Source: Felis catus (lineage: Eukaryota). From it: DNA of 64,000 nt. The notes beneath the pieces were generated by a model that was not told the origin of the DNA, ran no database searches, and saw nothing but the letters and a program-made list of their open reading frames with translations. This document shows, piece by piece, positions 22,201 through 35,670 of the stretch; position 1 is the first letter of the stretch, and every line of letters begins with the position of its first letter. The translations under genes and the position numbers were made by a program. The stretch spans positions 125,488,001 to 125,552,000 of the forward strand of contig NC_058386.1 in NCBI RefSeq assembly GCF_018350175.1, read 5' to 3'.

Positions 22201-25200
22201 AAAGACGTGCGACTTCAAGGAGAGGGGCAGAGGGCAGAGAGAGGCTGGTTCTGGCGGCCCTGTCCTAGGAGACCAGAGGCAAATGTGCGGTTCACCTTCT
22301 TGCAGTCTGAGTCCCTGCCTACCCTTGATTACAGTCCGCCAGGACCTTAGAGGCCGCCTGGCTACAAGCAGGCATGCACTGGGGGAGCCCTGTGAGGGGC
22401 TCTGAGGGGCCAGAGCCCCTGGCAGAGAGCAGGGAACCTGATGCAGGGAAGGGGATGCAGGAAACCCCGGGCCCAGGAAGGCAAGGGCCTCACTCGCAGG
22501 TGCCTGGCCACTCTCCTACCCAGAAAGTGGGGCCAAACCCCCTTGTCTTGGCCTGGCTCAGGTGGGGAGCAAGGCAGGCGGGGCGCCATGCTCTGGGAGC
22601 CGGGCTGAGAACATCTCGCTGTGGGGTCTGGGGCCTGCTAGGACCTAAAATGCTCCGGGGCAGTTCCCTGGCCTGGTGACCAGGGGTCTTGATGCCTTTT
22701 CCGTGTGACATCCCTGCAGGCCCGTAGCCAGCACAAACAGCAAGGTTGCGATTGGCCTGGTGGGTGTGTTGGGGCCAAGGAGGGGCGTATGGCCCCACCG
22801 CCAGTGGGGATCTCCTGATATTGGCAGTCAGAGGATTCATGATGCAAGCAAGGGGGCAAAGGCCCCACAGAGCAGGGCCCTGCTTTCCAATGGCATCACC
22901 TCCCAGCCTAGGTGAGGGAGCTGCCAAGGAGTCTTTCCCAGGGCCCCAGAGGCTGGTCTGCCCCCCCCCCCCCCCACAGCACAAAGAATATAGGGTCTTG
23001 TGGCTTTGGGACCTGTGGCAAAGTCTGCAATCACAGAGGGTGGGGCCAGACACAGGCGCAGGTAGGCAGAGAGTGGAGTCCCAGTTCTACCATTTCCTTA
23101 TCGTGTAGCCTTGGGCAAGAGTGTGGGGCAAAGTCTGAGCCTCCATTTACCTATTCAAGCCTCGCTTTCTTCTTTTGGTCATTGGGAGGGCCATTAAGAA
23201 ATCATTTGAGTCCCCTGCCCCGCCTCTGGCAGGTAATAACATCCTCCCTCTTCCCCGAAGATTCTAGAATGTGGTGAGCAGGGGTTCAGGATTCCTTGTG
23301 AGTGGGAGAAGGAGGAAGGACACACAGCCCAGGTGTGAAAGGACCAGGAAACTCAGGATCCCCAGCTGGCTTGGGTCATCTGCTGCCTGACTCCTGGCCG
23401 ACAGTTTGACTCTCCTGTTTTCCAGAGGTTTCCTGGCAGGGTGGGAGAGGGGTGGATGGCTCTCCTGGACGCTGTGGGGAGAGAGGTCCGGCCTAGCCGG
23501 CACCGGCCACCCCACCATCTCCCCGGTACCAGCGCTCTGCACACAGCCAATAGGTTGGCTCCTGGCTGGCTCCCTGGGGCCTCCAACCCCCACATCCAGG
23601 TCAAATCCGTACCTGAAGGCTGACAGAGCACAGGACCCAGCTCTGTCCAGTCACACCAGCAGTGTCGGGGCCATGGCAGGAAAGAGCAGCTCGCGCTGTA
23701 GCCTAGAGGGCATGCGGGGGCGATAGCGGAGGGCCCAGCGTGGCCTGGGGTGTGGACACAGATGGGGTGGGGCTCAGGGCCCGCCCCTCCCCTCTCCAGC
23801 CACCAGCCGCTCACGCAGTCACCCCTGCATACGTGTGCACGTGCAGGCTTCGGCAGACCCATAGCTGGCACCCAAGTGTAGATGAGATGCTGCCGGGGGT
23901 GGCAGGCTGGGGCCTGGGAGGGCAGCGAGGGGCAGCTGGGCGTCAGCCTGCGCAGTGTGCCCACCTGTGCAATACAGTTGTGGACAGCGCCCCTGCCCCT
24001 GGCCTGTTGTTTGAAGCTGGGCCCTGAGGGCTTTGGTGGACGGAGAGGGGCGGTGAGGGGGGAGGGGGGAGGGTACCCTCTGCTCAGCCCGTCTCCCTCC
24101 CACCCGTCCCCATCCACGTAGTCCTAGGGATGGGGCAGGGCTAGGGAGACGGTGGCACGCACGCCGGAGTTCAGGTCGGGTTGCTCGCTGGGGCCAGACA
24201 CCCCGGGCTGAGGCCTCGGGACAGTGCCCGGCGTCTACGACTTGGCAGCTGCGGGCCACGCATCTGCAAGCAAGCTCCCAGGGCATGCCAGACCTTAAGT
24301 CCTGCTCCCGCCGCCCTTGGCCTGGCCTGAATGCCTGGCACGGCACCCCCATGTTCTCAGAGGCCGCCAACGCGTCTTGTTTGGCGCTGACCTGGAACGG
24401 TCGCGCTCCGAGGACTGTGCTGGCTTTCGGAGGGCTAGACAAGGAAGGCCCTATTGGTTTGGCGGCACAGCCTCCGGGAAGCCCGGCCTTTTCCCTTGCT
24501 CACACCTGTGGGCACTGGGCCGGAGGCCTCACCGCCATTACCACTTCTTTCCTTGGCCCTGAAGGGCGGGGTCCGGCGAGCTCCAAGCACACCTCGATGG
24601 GGCTCAAGGCCCTCCCTGAAGTCCTTGGGGACACCCCCTCGGGTTCACCGACCGGCCGGCCCCCTGCTCCCCGTGCAGTTCTACCCGCCGAGTCTTGTGC
24701 CAGCTCCGGGAGTGGAAATAAGGCTCTGCTGGGAAGCCTGCCCAGCCCCCACCCCGCCGGCCTGTCCACTGCCTGGGCCGGGCCAAGAGTGGGGGCGGGG
24801 GAGAACCGGCCAAACCTCATCCTCTGCCTCTATCGCGGGGCCCTGCTGTGGGACCTCCAAACCCTCGGCCTCGGTCCCTCCCCCCCAAGAGTGAGCCTGC
24901 GCTGGAGTCCAGGGCCCCTCCCTCGGCCTCTCTGTGGCCCCCAGATGCAGCCATGTCAAGCACGGCCGGTTTGAGCTGATTCATCTCCTCTGGAGTCCCC
25001 ATTGCCCCAGGACGGGTCCTACGAGCCCACTTGGAGCCTGGGTGGCCAGTCCCACCCCGGTGGGCCTTCCCGGCGCCTGCCTGTCCTCTACCCTGGGGGC
25101 GGGGGGCAGCCACGGGAGGACAGAGGCTCCCTGGGGAGACCCCCAGCCCTTCTCAGCCCCCCCAGGCCAGAAGAGGCCTGTTTCTGCCCACTTTGCCTCA

Positions 25201-27608
25201 CAGCCGCCCCTGGACCCGGCCCGACCACCCCAGCCACCCCCACCTGTCCAGGTGGACCGTGGATCCCAAAGCCTTCCAAGGCTCCCACTGGGCGTTCCAG
25301 CCCTGACTCATCCCCCCGTGAGGTAGCAGCTTTGGCAGGGGTGCCGGGCAAGAGGGGAACAGTCTCCTCCCTCTCTCCCATTCCATCTTGCTCTCCTGCC
25401 TCCATTCTCCCCTTCCTGTTCTCTCCTACCACTCCCCCTCCTCCCAGCCCTGGGCATCCACTGGCTCCCAGACAAGGGCCCCAAGCAGCGGCAGCAGGCA
25501 CTCGAGGCCTCGGCCTACCCTGCTGTGTCCCGGAGGTTGCAGAATCAGGGGAAGAAGGAGGGACACACCGTCCAGGTAGGCAAGCACAGGGCCTTCTCCC
25601 TACTCGGCCCCATGACCCTCTGGGGGCTCCCCTGGGTCCTGCTCGGCCAGCCCGGGGCTGGCAGGACCTGGGGCGTGATCGTGGGATCTTGAGGCCCAAA
25701 GGAGCCGGGGAGACGGGGTCCTCTCCCGACATGGGGGATCCTCACTCTGCTGTGTGACCTGGGACAGGCAGGCAGCTTCTCTGAGCTCATCACTGGGGGC
25801 CAGCCCTCAGGAGGGCTGTTGGGACCTGCTGCGGGTGCTCCGGGGCTGACTCTCCAGCTGAGTCCACTGAACCATGCCCTGGGTCTGTGACCTGTGCCTG
25901 ACAAGCACACCGCAGCCCTGGCAGCCAGAAAGGCGGCATGCTTCTCTCCCACTCTGTCCTCGGGGATGGCGGGAGCCAGGGCACGCTCTATGACCCCCTC
26001 GGGGCTGGCCTGAGGAGTGTGGAAGGGGTTGGCGAGGCTGGGATGGATAGAAAGCCGAGGCTCAGAGCAGTTGTGCCCAGACCTGGAGGTGGCCCCTGGC
26101 CTGCCGGTGGGAGGAGCCCAGGGGAGCCTGCAGGGGCCCGGGCTGGCCCAGGGAAGTGGCGGCCAGGGCCACACTGCACACAAGGTGCCGGCCTAGAGGA
26201 GGCGGGCTCCTCTCCCCAGGACTCCTTCCACATTTGCAGCCAGCAGTTGGGCTTAGGGGTCACCCAGACCCACTGAAGCCCCTGACAGCCCCTCCCCCAT
26301 CCAAAGCGGGCCCGAAGTGAGGAGGGACTCCCGGGGGTGGGGCGCAATGGGGGCTACAGGAAGCCCCTGGAAGCCAGCCAGGCTCACTGCCCACAGATGC
26401 GCCCAGGGCAGCCTCAGTCACCCGAGCCTGGGAGGGAAGCAGGGCAGGCACACATGCCTGTTTCACGAATGGGGCAAACGAGCCCGGCTGGGACTTTCCT
26501 GGGAAATCCGAATTGGTGAGGACGGCGGGAGAGGCAGGGGCCCCGGCCTTTTCCTGTACAGGAACTTCTGGATGGGAGAGGGGAGGAGGGGGGTAAATAT
26601 GGGCACCTGGGGGCAGGTTCGGGCAGAGGGCAGCCTCCCCCTCATGCCCACCCCGCTGCCTGGCCTGGGGGAGCCTTCAGACAAGCCTGATCCTGCCTGC
26701 CACCCAGCGGCAGCCTGCTCCCCTCTGGTGGCCTCTCCAGGGGGCTGGGCCACAGGCAGAAGGAAGGCAGGAGCAGATGTGGGAGCCCTGGGGCTCTGCA
26801 GGCCAAGCCAGGGGAAGTCTTGTGGGCCAGGAGAGGGTGCTGGGGCCCCGAGGAGCAATGGGGGGGGCCGCACCCCCTCCACCTCAGCGGTTTCGCCCCT
26901 GTCAGGGAGGACGCTCCTCTCTTTCTCCACACGGCCTCCGGGGCTAGCCCAGGTGTCAGCCCAGCGTGCCCAGCCTGGCCTCTTGGCCTCTTGACTTTCT
27001 TTGAAAAATGTGGACGTGCTGCAAGGGGGAGCTGAGGCAGGAAAGGAAGTGACTCATGGTGGTCTAACTCCATCCCGACTGCGCCCACATTGCCCTGAGC
27101 ATGTGGGATTGGCCGTGGCCACAGTACTACATTCAAATCCAAAGTCTTCAAAGCCTGTAGGGGGCAAATGGTTGCCCTTCCCTCTCTGCCTCCTCTACTC
27201 CCTCCACTAGCCTCCCGGAACCCCCCACCAACCCCCCCCCCGGCAGGCTGCCAGCTGACTCAGTGGTACGTGGAAGACAGCAGAGGGGGTTAGTGCTGCA
27301 GACTCGCTAACTGGCAAGGCGATGCACTGCCCATGAACCCCCCAGGCCTGCCTGAGATCAGAGGGGAGCAGAGGGAGGTGTCTCCTGCCTGCCCGCACCC
27401 CCTCCCTCTGCCGCCTCCTTCCCTGCCACTCCCACCCTGGGGTCTGGCCGTCCGCAGTGAGGGATGGCGAACGCGGTGCCATCACATGCAAAAGCTCAGC
27501 CCCTGGTATTTGGAGGTTTGCCAGGAGGGGGCCCCGAGGGCAGGGACCAGTGGTGGCTGGGCCCTCCTGACAGCCCCTCCTCACCCCGGCCTCCCAGGCA
27601 TGCCCACC

Positions 27609-27849
27609 ATGTGGCCCCTGTGGCTCCTCGCATCCCTGCTGGCCCTGAGCCAGGCCCTGCCGTTTGAGCAGAAGGGCTTCTGGGACTTCACCCTCGACGA
27701 CGGGCTGCCCATGCTGAATGATGAGGAGGCTTCAGGTGCCGAGACGACTTCAGGTGTCCCGGACCTGGACTCCCTCACGCCCACCTTCAGCGCCATGTGT
27801 CCTTTTGGCTGCCACTGCCACCTGCGGGTCGTTCAGTGCTCCGACCTGG
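27609..27849 (+). CDS. BGN: Biglycan coding exon 2 (signal peptide, propeptide, two Ser-Gly GAG sites, N-terminal Cys cluster); exon starts at 27598
   Basis: [52 protein letters not shown]...[18 protein letters not shown]; class I SLRP CX3CXCX6C motif; donor gtcagt at 27850. Confidence 0.99.
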
Positions 27850-28152
27850 GTCAGTCCCGGGCCCAGGGTGGGATGGGTGCATGAAGGTGCAGGCCCGGCC
27901 TGAGCGCCCTACCAAGGAGACACATGTGTGTCCCGTGGGATGGGCGTGAAAGGGTGGGGTCGGGGATGGGGTGACCCCACACAGGGTCCGGGGACTCCTG
28001 GTTTCAGCGCGGAACGCTGTCCAGCTGTTCGTTTGCAAAAGAGCAGGGAGTGAGGAGGGCCCTGGTCTACGGTGGAGGCCTTGTGTGGGTGTCCGTGGGC
28101 GCCCGTGTCACCGTGCTCTGAGCTGCTCTGGGGCTGGGGCTCACGCTGATGA

Positions 28153-28305
<153 letters not shown>

Positions 28306-28488
28306 TGAGGCGCTGCGAGGAGGTGGGCAGTGTGCAGCTGAGGAGTTGGGTGCTTGTGGGTGTGCACACGTATGTGTCGGGTGCGAGAGGGGACTGGGGA
28401 CCCACAGAGTCCTGCGAGAAGTCTGGAGGCGGGCTTGGTGGGAGCGCCCCAGGTCACGGGTCACATGTGGGGATGTCTGCAGCCGTAA

Positions 28489-29055
<567 letters not shown>

Positions 29056-29280
29056 TAGTGCAGCCAGCCAGCCAGCCAGGGGCCACCAGAGGCCAGGCCA
29101 GAGGAGCTGAGTGGGCTGCGGTGGAGCCCCACCTTGATCTCTGGCTCCCCTCCTTTTCCTCCTGCTCCCCTTACCCCCTGAGGCCAATGCCTGGGCCAAC
29201 GCCCTTGGGAGCTGATGGTCTTGAACAGCCAGGAGTTTGCAATTAGCCCAGTAAATCACTGGAGCTGCTTTCAGGGGTAG

Positions 29281-29607
<327 letters not shown>

Positions 29608-29610
29608 TAG

Positions 29611-30205
<595 letters not shown>

Positions 30206-30691
30206 TGAGGAAGTAGGGAAGGCAAGCGGGGACTCCCCCGGGGCTGGCAAGGAAGGCGGGTCATGGGCGGAGAGAGGGTGTGAGGGATGAGAGGGAGCCG
30301 GCCTGCTAGACATTGCAGCTGAACGTCTCCTAGGTGGGCGGGACACCAGAAAGGCACGGCAGAGCCGGGGAGGTCAGGGAACAGTATGCGCACTGGAGGT
30401 GCACGGATTTGTGGTGAGACGGACGGGTCCAGCTCGGGACAGGAAGTAGGCTGATGAGGGGGTGCAGGGTCTTGCCTGGGGTTCTCAGGATCCCCCCCCC
30501 ACCACCACCACCACTCCGGTCCTGGCTTGGCTTCCAGTCTCTTCCTCGGCCCCAATCACACTAGCCAGGAGACCTGCCATTTCTACAGGCTGTCCGGTCA
30601 GAGCCAAGTCGGGACAAGCTCTGCATCCGGGGAGGGCGGGGGAGGGCGGAGCAGCCCGGAAGCTGCCGGGGCGAGGCCCAGGCCCGGCTCA

Positions 30692-30738
30692 GCGCGCCCT
30701 CTAGCGGCCGGTGTCCTCTCTGCCTCTAGAGGGCGCTG
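30692..30738. promoter_or_regulatory. Pair of divergent CTCF-like motifs in BGN intron 7
   Basis: Minus strand CGGCCGCTAGAGGGCGCGC (30692-30710) and plus strand CTGCCTCTAGAGGGCGCTG (30720-30738). Confidence 0.6.
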
Positions 30739-31398
30739 CTCCAGCCTGAGCACTCCCCCCCCCCCCCCCCCCCGCCCATCGTGAGGTTCCTTACCCTCTC
30801 TCTCTCCTGCTTCCTCTGTCCCTCCCCTAGAGAGGGGCTTCGGGGAAGTTGAGAGCTGCTAAAGAGCAAGTACCCCTGCGCACTGGACGGAAGAGGGGGC
30901 CACGTGCAGGCTCCTTCTCCTGTCATATCTATGGGTCTCTGGAGTGAGAGGCTGCTGCCCCGGGGGCAGGCCCGGAGCCCGGGGAGCCCAGAGGGAGGGC
31001 CAGGGACCCTCTGTGAGCCCAAGGTGCCACCTTTCCTGCATCGATACCCACGTCCCATCCCTTGACCCCCGCGTGCCCCTCCCTTCCCACCCACCACACA
31101 CCACACCGGGGCCCTTCGTCTTGGCCCCTGGTCACATACCAGTGCCTTAATCCCATCCAACAGCCTCGTGACCACCATACCCAAACCTCGCTTTGCTCCT
31201 CCCCACAATGGAAGAATCATATCCTGGACCTCAAAGGGCAGGCGCTGTGATTAAATCACACCCATGAGGTGGCCAGGTGGGACCCAGCCCGGAGGGAGGG
31301 CCCAAGCCCTCTGTCGTCTGCCCTCTACTTGGCCCACCCAGGCCAGTACAGGTTCGGAGGGCAGTCAGGGGTGACTGGGCCACCGGCACTGGGCCTGA

Positions 31399-31617
<219 letters not shown>

Positions 31618-32634
31618 NNNNNNNNNNNNNNNNNNNGGTGGCCTGGGCGGGGTCTCTGGGGAGCGCAGCAGACATCCCGAAGGGGAGGGCAGAGCGAGCG
31701 AGGGAAGCCAGTGCCCAGCTGCACCCAACCCAGCCCCCGCCCTTGATCCTGGACCCCAACGCGCTGCCTCCCGACGCCCTCATCCCGACTCCCAGGCATG
31801 CAGATGGGGCACAAGACCCAGCCGCCGTCACGTGTGCCTTGGCTTCAGAGCTGCCCCTGCCCCCCACTTCATAGCCACTCAGAGCACCCTCATAAAGCTT
31901 TCTTCCCATTCACCCTAAGATCAAGTCACCCAAGGCTCCGGTCCAAGGAAGACGGTCCCTGGGTCTAGGGGGTGGGAAGGGGCTAAGAGGGAGGAAACAG
32001 CCCACCCCACCTGCCTGGCACGCATTCCTTCTTCTCATGTACTTCCAGCTTCCAACCCTCCTTAGCCTGGCCTGCTACCCCTGGCCTTCCATGCTCCCCC
32101 CACCCTTCTGCAAGTTCACGGCCCATCTACCCCAGCCTCCTTGCTCTACTGGCCTCTAGACCAGTGTCTTCCTGTCTGTTTCTCTGTCTCTCTCTGTCCC
32201 TCTCTCTGTCTCCATCCGTCTCTCTCATCCTCCCTCTCCTCGCTCACATCACTGAGCTGGGTCTGGTGTCTGTCTCGCTGGGCTTCTGCCCAGCCCCAAC
32301 CTAGGCAAGCCAGGGGGCAGAGGGCAGCTGCCCCCAAGCCTGCCCTGCCCAGACTCTGCCCCCCCCCACCCCGAGTCTGGACAGTCCTGGAGGAGGCCAG
32401 CATGTGGAGGTGATGCACCCTGCGCGCAGTCCACAGTCCGAAGGGGAGCACTGGCCCAAGAAAAGGCCCAGCATCCCGCTGGAGTCGGCAGCCAATTTTC
32501 CTTGGCCTTTCCCGCCCCGCACGATGGCTAGTTCCCCCCTCCCTTCACCTTCTGGCCCCTGGTATGGTGGGGGTTTCGAGCAATCACACCCAGCTTGAGG
32601 AGGAGCTGCTTCTGAGGTCGGTTGTTGTCTTTCA

Positions 32635-32640
32635 ATTAAA
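32635..32640 (+). terminator. BGN: BGN polyadenylation signal (ATTAAA variant)
   Basis: ttgttgtctttcaATTAAAgaaacactgtgca followed by GT-rich sequence, about 1 kb after the stop. Confidence 0.75.
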
Positions 32641-33121
32641 GAAACACTGTGCACTATGGCTGTGTGCGCCGCCGCTCTCGGGTGGCATTGGGGACTGAGC
32701 GGGGGGGGGGGGGTCGGGGAGGGTCACGATGTGCGGCTGGCGGCCAGGCTCTGCCTGTTCGTGTCCACTCTAAGCCTCGGGCTTCCTCTTTCTTGCTTTC
32801 CCTGCACTCAGGCAAGAGTCCCCAGTACCTCCAGGTCTGAGACTGGACAAGAAGGCCCCTTCCACTTCTTTCTAGGCACTTCCATTGCCCCAGCTGTCCT
32901 TCTCCTGGGCTCCTAAAGCAGGCCTGGCTGAGGGAGCATCTGCCCACCCAGAGTGGAGCATTTGCCAAGCACCAGCCAGCCGAAGAACCCCAGATGAGAC
33001 TCTCACCCTGAGAGGGGAGCCTGGAAGTCCTAGGGGCCCCGCATGTCTGTCCTAATGGGATTTGCCGGCTCAGAATGAGGTTAGATCCTGGCTGCTGTCA
33101 AAGCTGTGTGCGGCATCCAAG

Positions 33122-33140
33122 TCAGCACCAGGGGGCGCAC
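33122..33140 (+). promoter_or_regulatory. CTCF-like motif downstream of BGN
   Basis: tcagCACCAGGGGGCGCac versus consensus TGGCCACCAGGGGGCGCTA. Confidence 0.45.
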
Positions 33141-35228
33141 TGCCACGCAGGCCGGGCCTCCTAGGGCCGCAAGTTGTGCGAGGCCGCCTGTGCTGGCCTG
33201 GCCTGGCCTCAGGGCAGACACACTGTGTGCCAGCAGAGCCAAGCCCAGGTTGCCATATTCTGTCAGTGGCTGCCAAGAAAGGACCCAGAACATGGCCCAA
33301 GAAGCCTACTAGCTGGGGATACAGGACTGCCCCAGAAAGGGCAGCATGAGACAGATGGTCCCCAGAGCGATGTGCCCTCAGACGGCAAGCCCAGAAGACC
33401 ATTGGCATCACAGCCGTGATGCTCCACGGCAATTTCTGCTGAGCTGGGCAGGCCCAGGGCAGGGGCACTGGCCAGGGTCCACCAGTCACTGTCTCAGTCA
33501 AGTCCCCTCACTGGCCAGAAGAGGGACAGCCGGCACTGGGGCCCGGAGGAGACAGAAACATGGAGTCCGGTGGGAATGGCGGGTCACCTGGCAGAGCAGG
33601 GGACAGCACCCTGCAGGCGGGACCCACACTCTGCCCGCACCAGAGGCGTCGAGGCACCCAGGGGACCACTTGGGCCCGTGGCAGGAGCCCAGGGAGGCAA
33701 ACAGGGCCACACCCCACAAGAGCTTGTGAGTTGTGGTTGGAAAATGGGGTTCCCTACCCAGAGCAGTTGGTCAGAGATGAATCACTTAGTCTCACTGTGC
33801 CGTCCAGTGTGTTGCAAACTATTGGAGGAGGATGATGACCATGGTCATACAAAAGGTGAGAGTGATCGGGCTTAAAAATCAAACCCATGGCAACCCCAAG
33901 GCGATCCGTGCCAGGCACCAGCTGCCAGCCCCCGTATACTGTTCCATGTACACGTTATGCCAGGCAGAGTGCCCTCCTCATGGAGCTCCGCACCTGGCTG
34001 AGGTCACAGGGAGCCCCAGGTGGCAAAACCGCAGAGGGCTGGGGGGGGGCACCCTGAACTGTGAGTACCTGCATGGGCTCAGGGGCGCCCCGTTAGAAAG
34101 CCCCAGCAATGCCAGAAAGGTGGCAGGAAAGACGGAGGAGCGGCCGGGTTCCAGCCCTGGACTTGGGGACAGATTGAACGTGGGGCGACAGGAAGGGAGT
34201 GGGCAGGATGGGAGTGTGGGACCCCCACATCTGAGGCCCCTGGAGGAAGAGGAAGGGGCCGCAAGGAACATAACCTGCGGGGGAGAGCACCCCAGGCGCC
34301 GTGGGGGTGTGGGCGCAGCTCAGGGGGAAAGCCTAAGGCTGAGAGTGAGCTGAGGCAGGCACGTGTGCATACTCGCACACACACGCACACTCGCACATGC
34401 ACACACGGGGCGACAAAAGTTCCGGGAGCAACTCGCTCAGGGGGGCCGTCTTGTGAAAGCAGCGGCTGCCAAGCAGTGGACCCAGGGACAGGGGGCTGGG
34501 CTGCAGGACATTTCCAAGCGCTCACCGCAGGTCAGGTGCCTTCTGGATGTGGTGCGGCCCAGCTGGAGCCTAAGCCGAATCCACTGCTTGGTTTTAGACA
34601 AGTTAGAGCTTGTTGAAGGGGCAGCCAGCCAGGTGTCCGTCTGTAGATCATGGCCGGGGATGGGGGCAGGGCACCTCAGAAGGACAACCCCTCCTTGAAG
34701 GGCCTGAAGGGGCGGTGGAGGGGCTGATTTGAGAACTTGGAGGGGTGGTGTTCATTCGCTTCCGGTCCCCCCTGCGGTCTCCAGGCCCCATCCCCATGGG
34801 CTCCAGCTCCAGTCTTGGGAGGGCAGAGGCTGCAGGCAGAGGCAAAGCCAACTCCACTCTGGACACGTGGGGCCGGGCGCCCTCACCAGGGTGGCCCGGA
34901 GCCACCACAGCCCTAGAGAGCCCAGGGCCACCGCGGCCCCGCGGGGCCCAGGGCCTGCTGCACACAGGCTGCCAGGGCAGAGGCGGGGTGCCCGGGGTCT
35001 GAGCTAGCCCCGAGGCTGGAGCAGGCTGGCGGGAGGGCTTGTGCTCAAAAGGCCGCCCAGCCGCAGCCAGGCCTGAGTTGTTCCTGAGCATGAGACTCAG
35101 CCCAGGCTGTCCAAGACCTCTGGGGCACAGTTTATTGAGGCTGAGCACCTGAGACGCCCAAAGGGAGGTGTGCTGCAGGCAGGGTGCTGGGGGGCCCAGG
35201 ACTTTCTCAAGGGCCAGGTCAGGGACTG

Positions 35229-35670
35229 GTATGAATTTCCCAGGGATGCTGTAACCAAGGACCACGAGCAGGTGGCTTCAAATGGANNNNNNNNNNNNNN
35301 NNNNNNNNNNNNNNNNNNNNNNNNNNNNNNNNNNNNNNNNNNNNNNNNNNNNNNNNNNNNNNNNNNNNNNNNNNNNNNNNNNNNNNNNNNNNNNNNNNNN
35401 NNNNNNNNNNNNNNNNNNNNNNNNNNNNNNNNNNNNNNNNNNNNNNNNNNNNNNNNNNNNNNNNNNNNNNNNNNNNNNNNCGTGTGTCAAATGTCCTTCT
35501 GCCTCCCTCTTATGAGGACACTTGCCACTGCACTTAGGGCCCTCCCAGATACTCCAGAATCATCTCTCCATGCCAAGATCCTTAAGCACATGCGCAAAGT
35601 CCCCGTTTCCAAATCAGGTCCCACTCTGGTTCCGGGGCTGCAGGTGAACACTGACCCGGGAGGTCCCAGC
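35229..35670 (-). mobile_element. MLT1B/C-like MaLR LTR, interrupted by the gap
   Basis: gtatgaatttcccagggatgctgtaac...ggtggctt before the gap; ctcttatgaggacacttg...ttagggccctccc...ccaagatccttaa...gcaaagtccccgtttccaaatcaggtc after it. Confidence 0.8.
35287..35480. other. Assembly gap (194 N) inside an MLT1 LTR
   Basis: Run of n. Confidence 1.
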
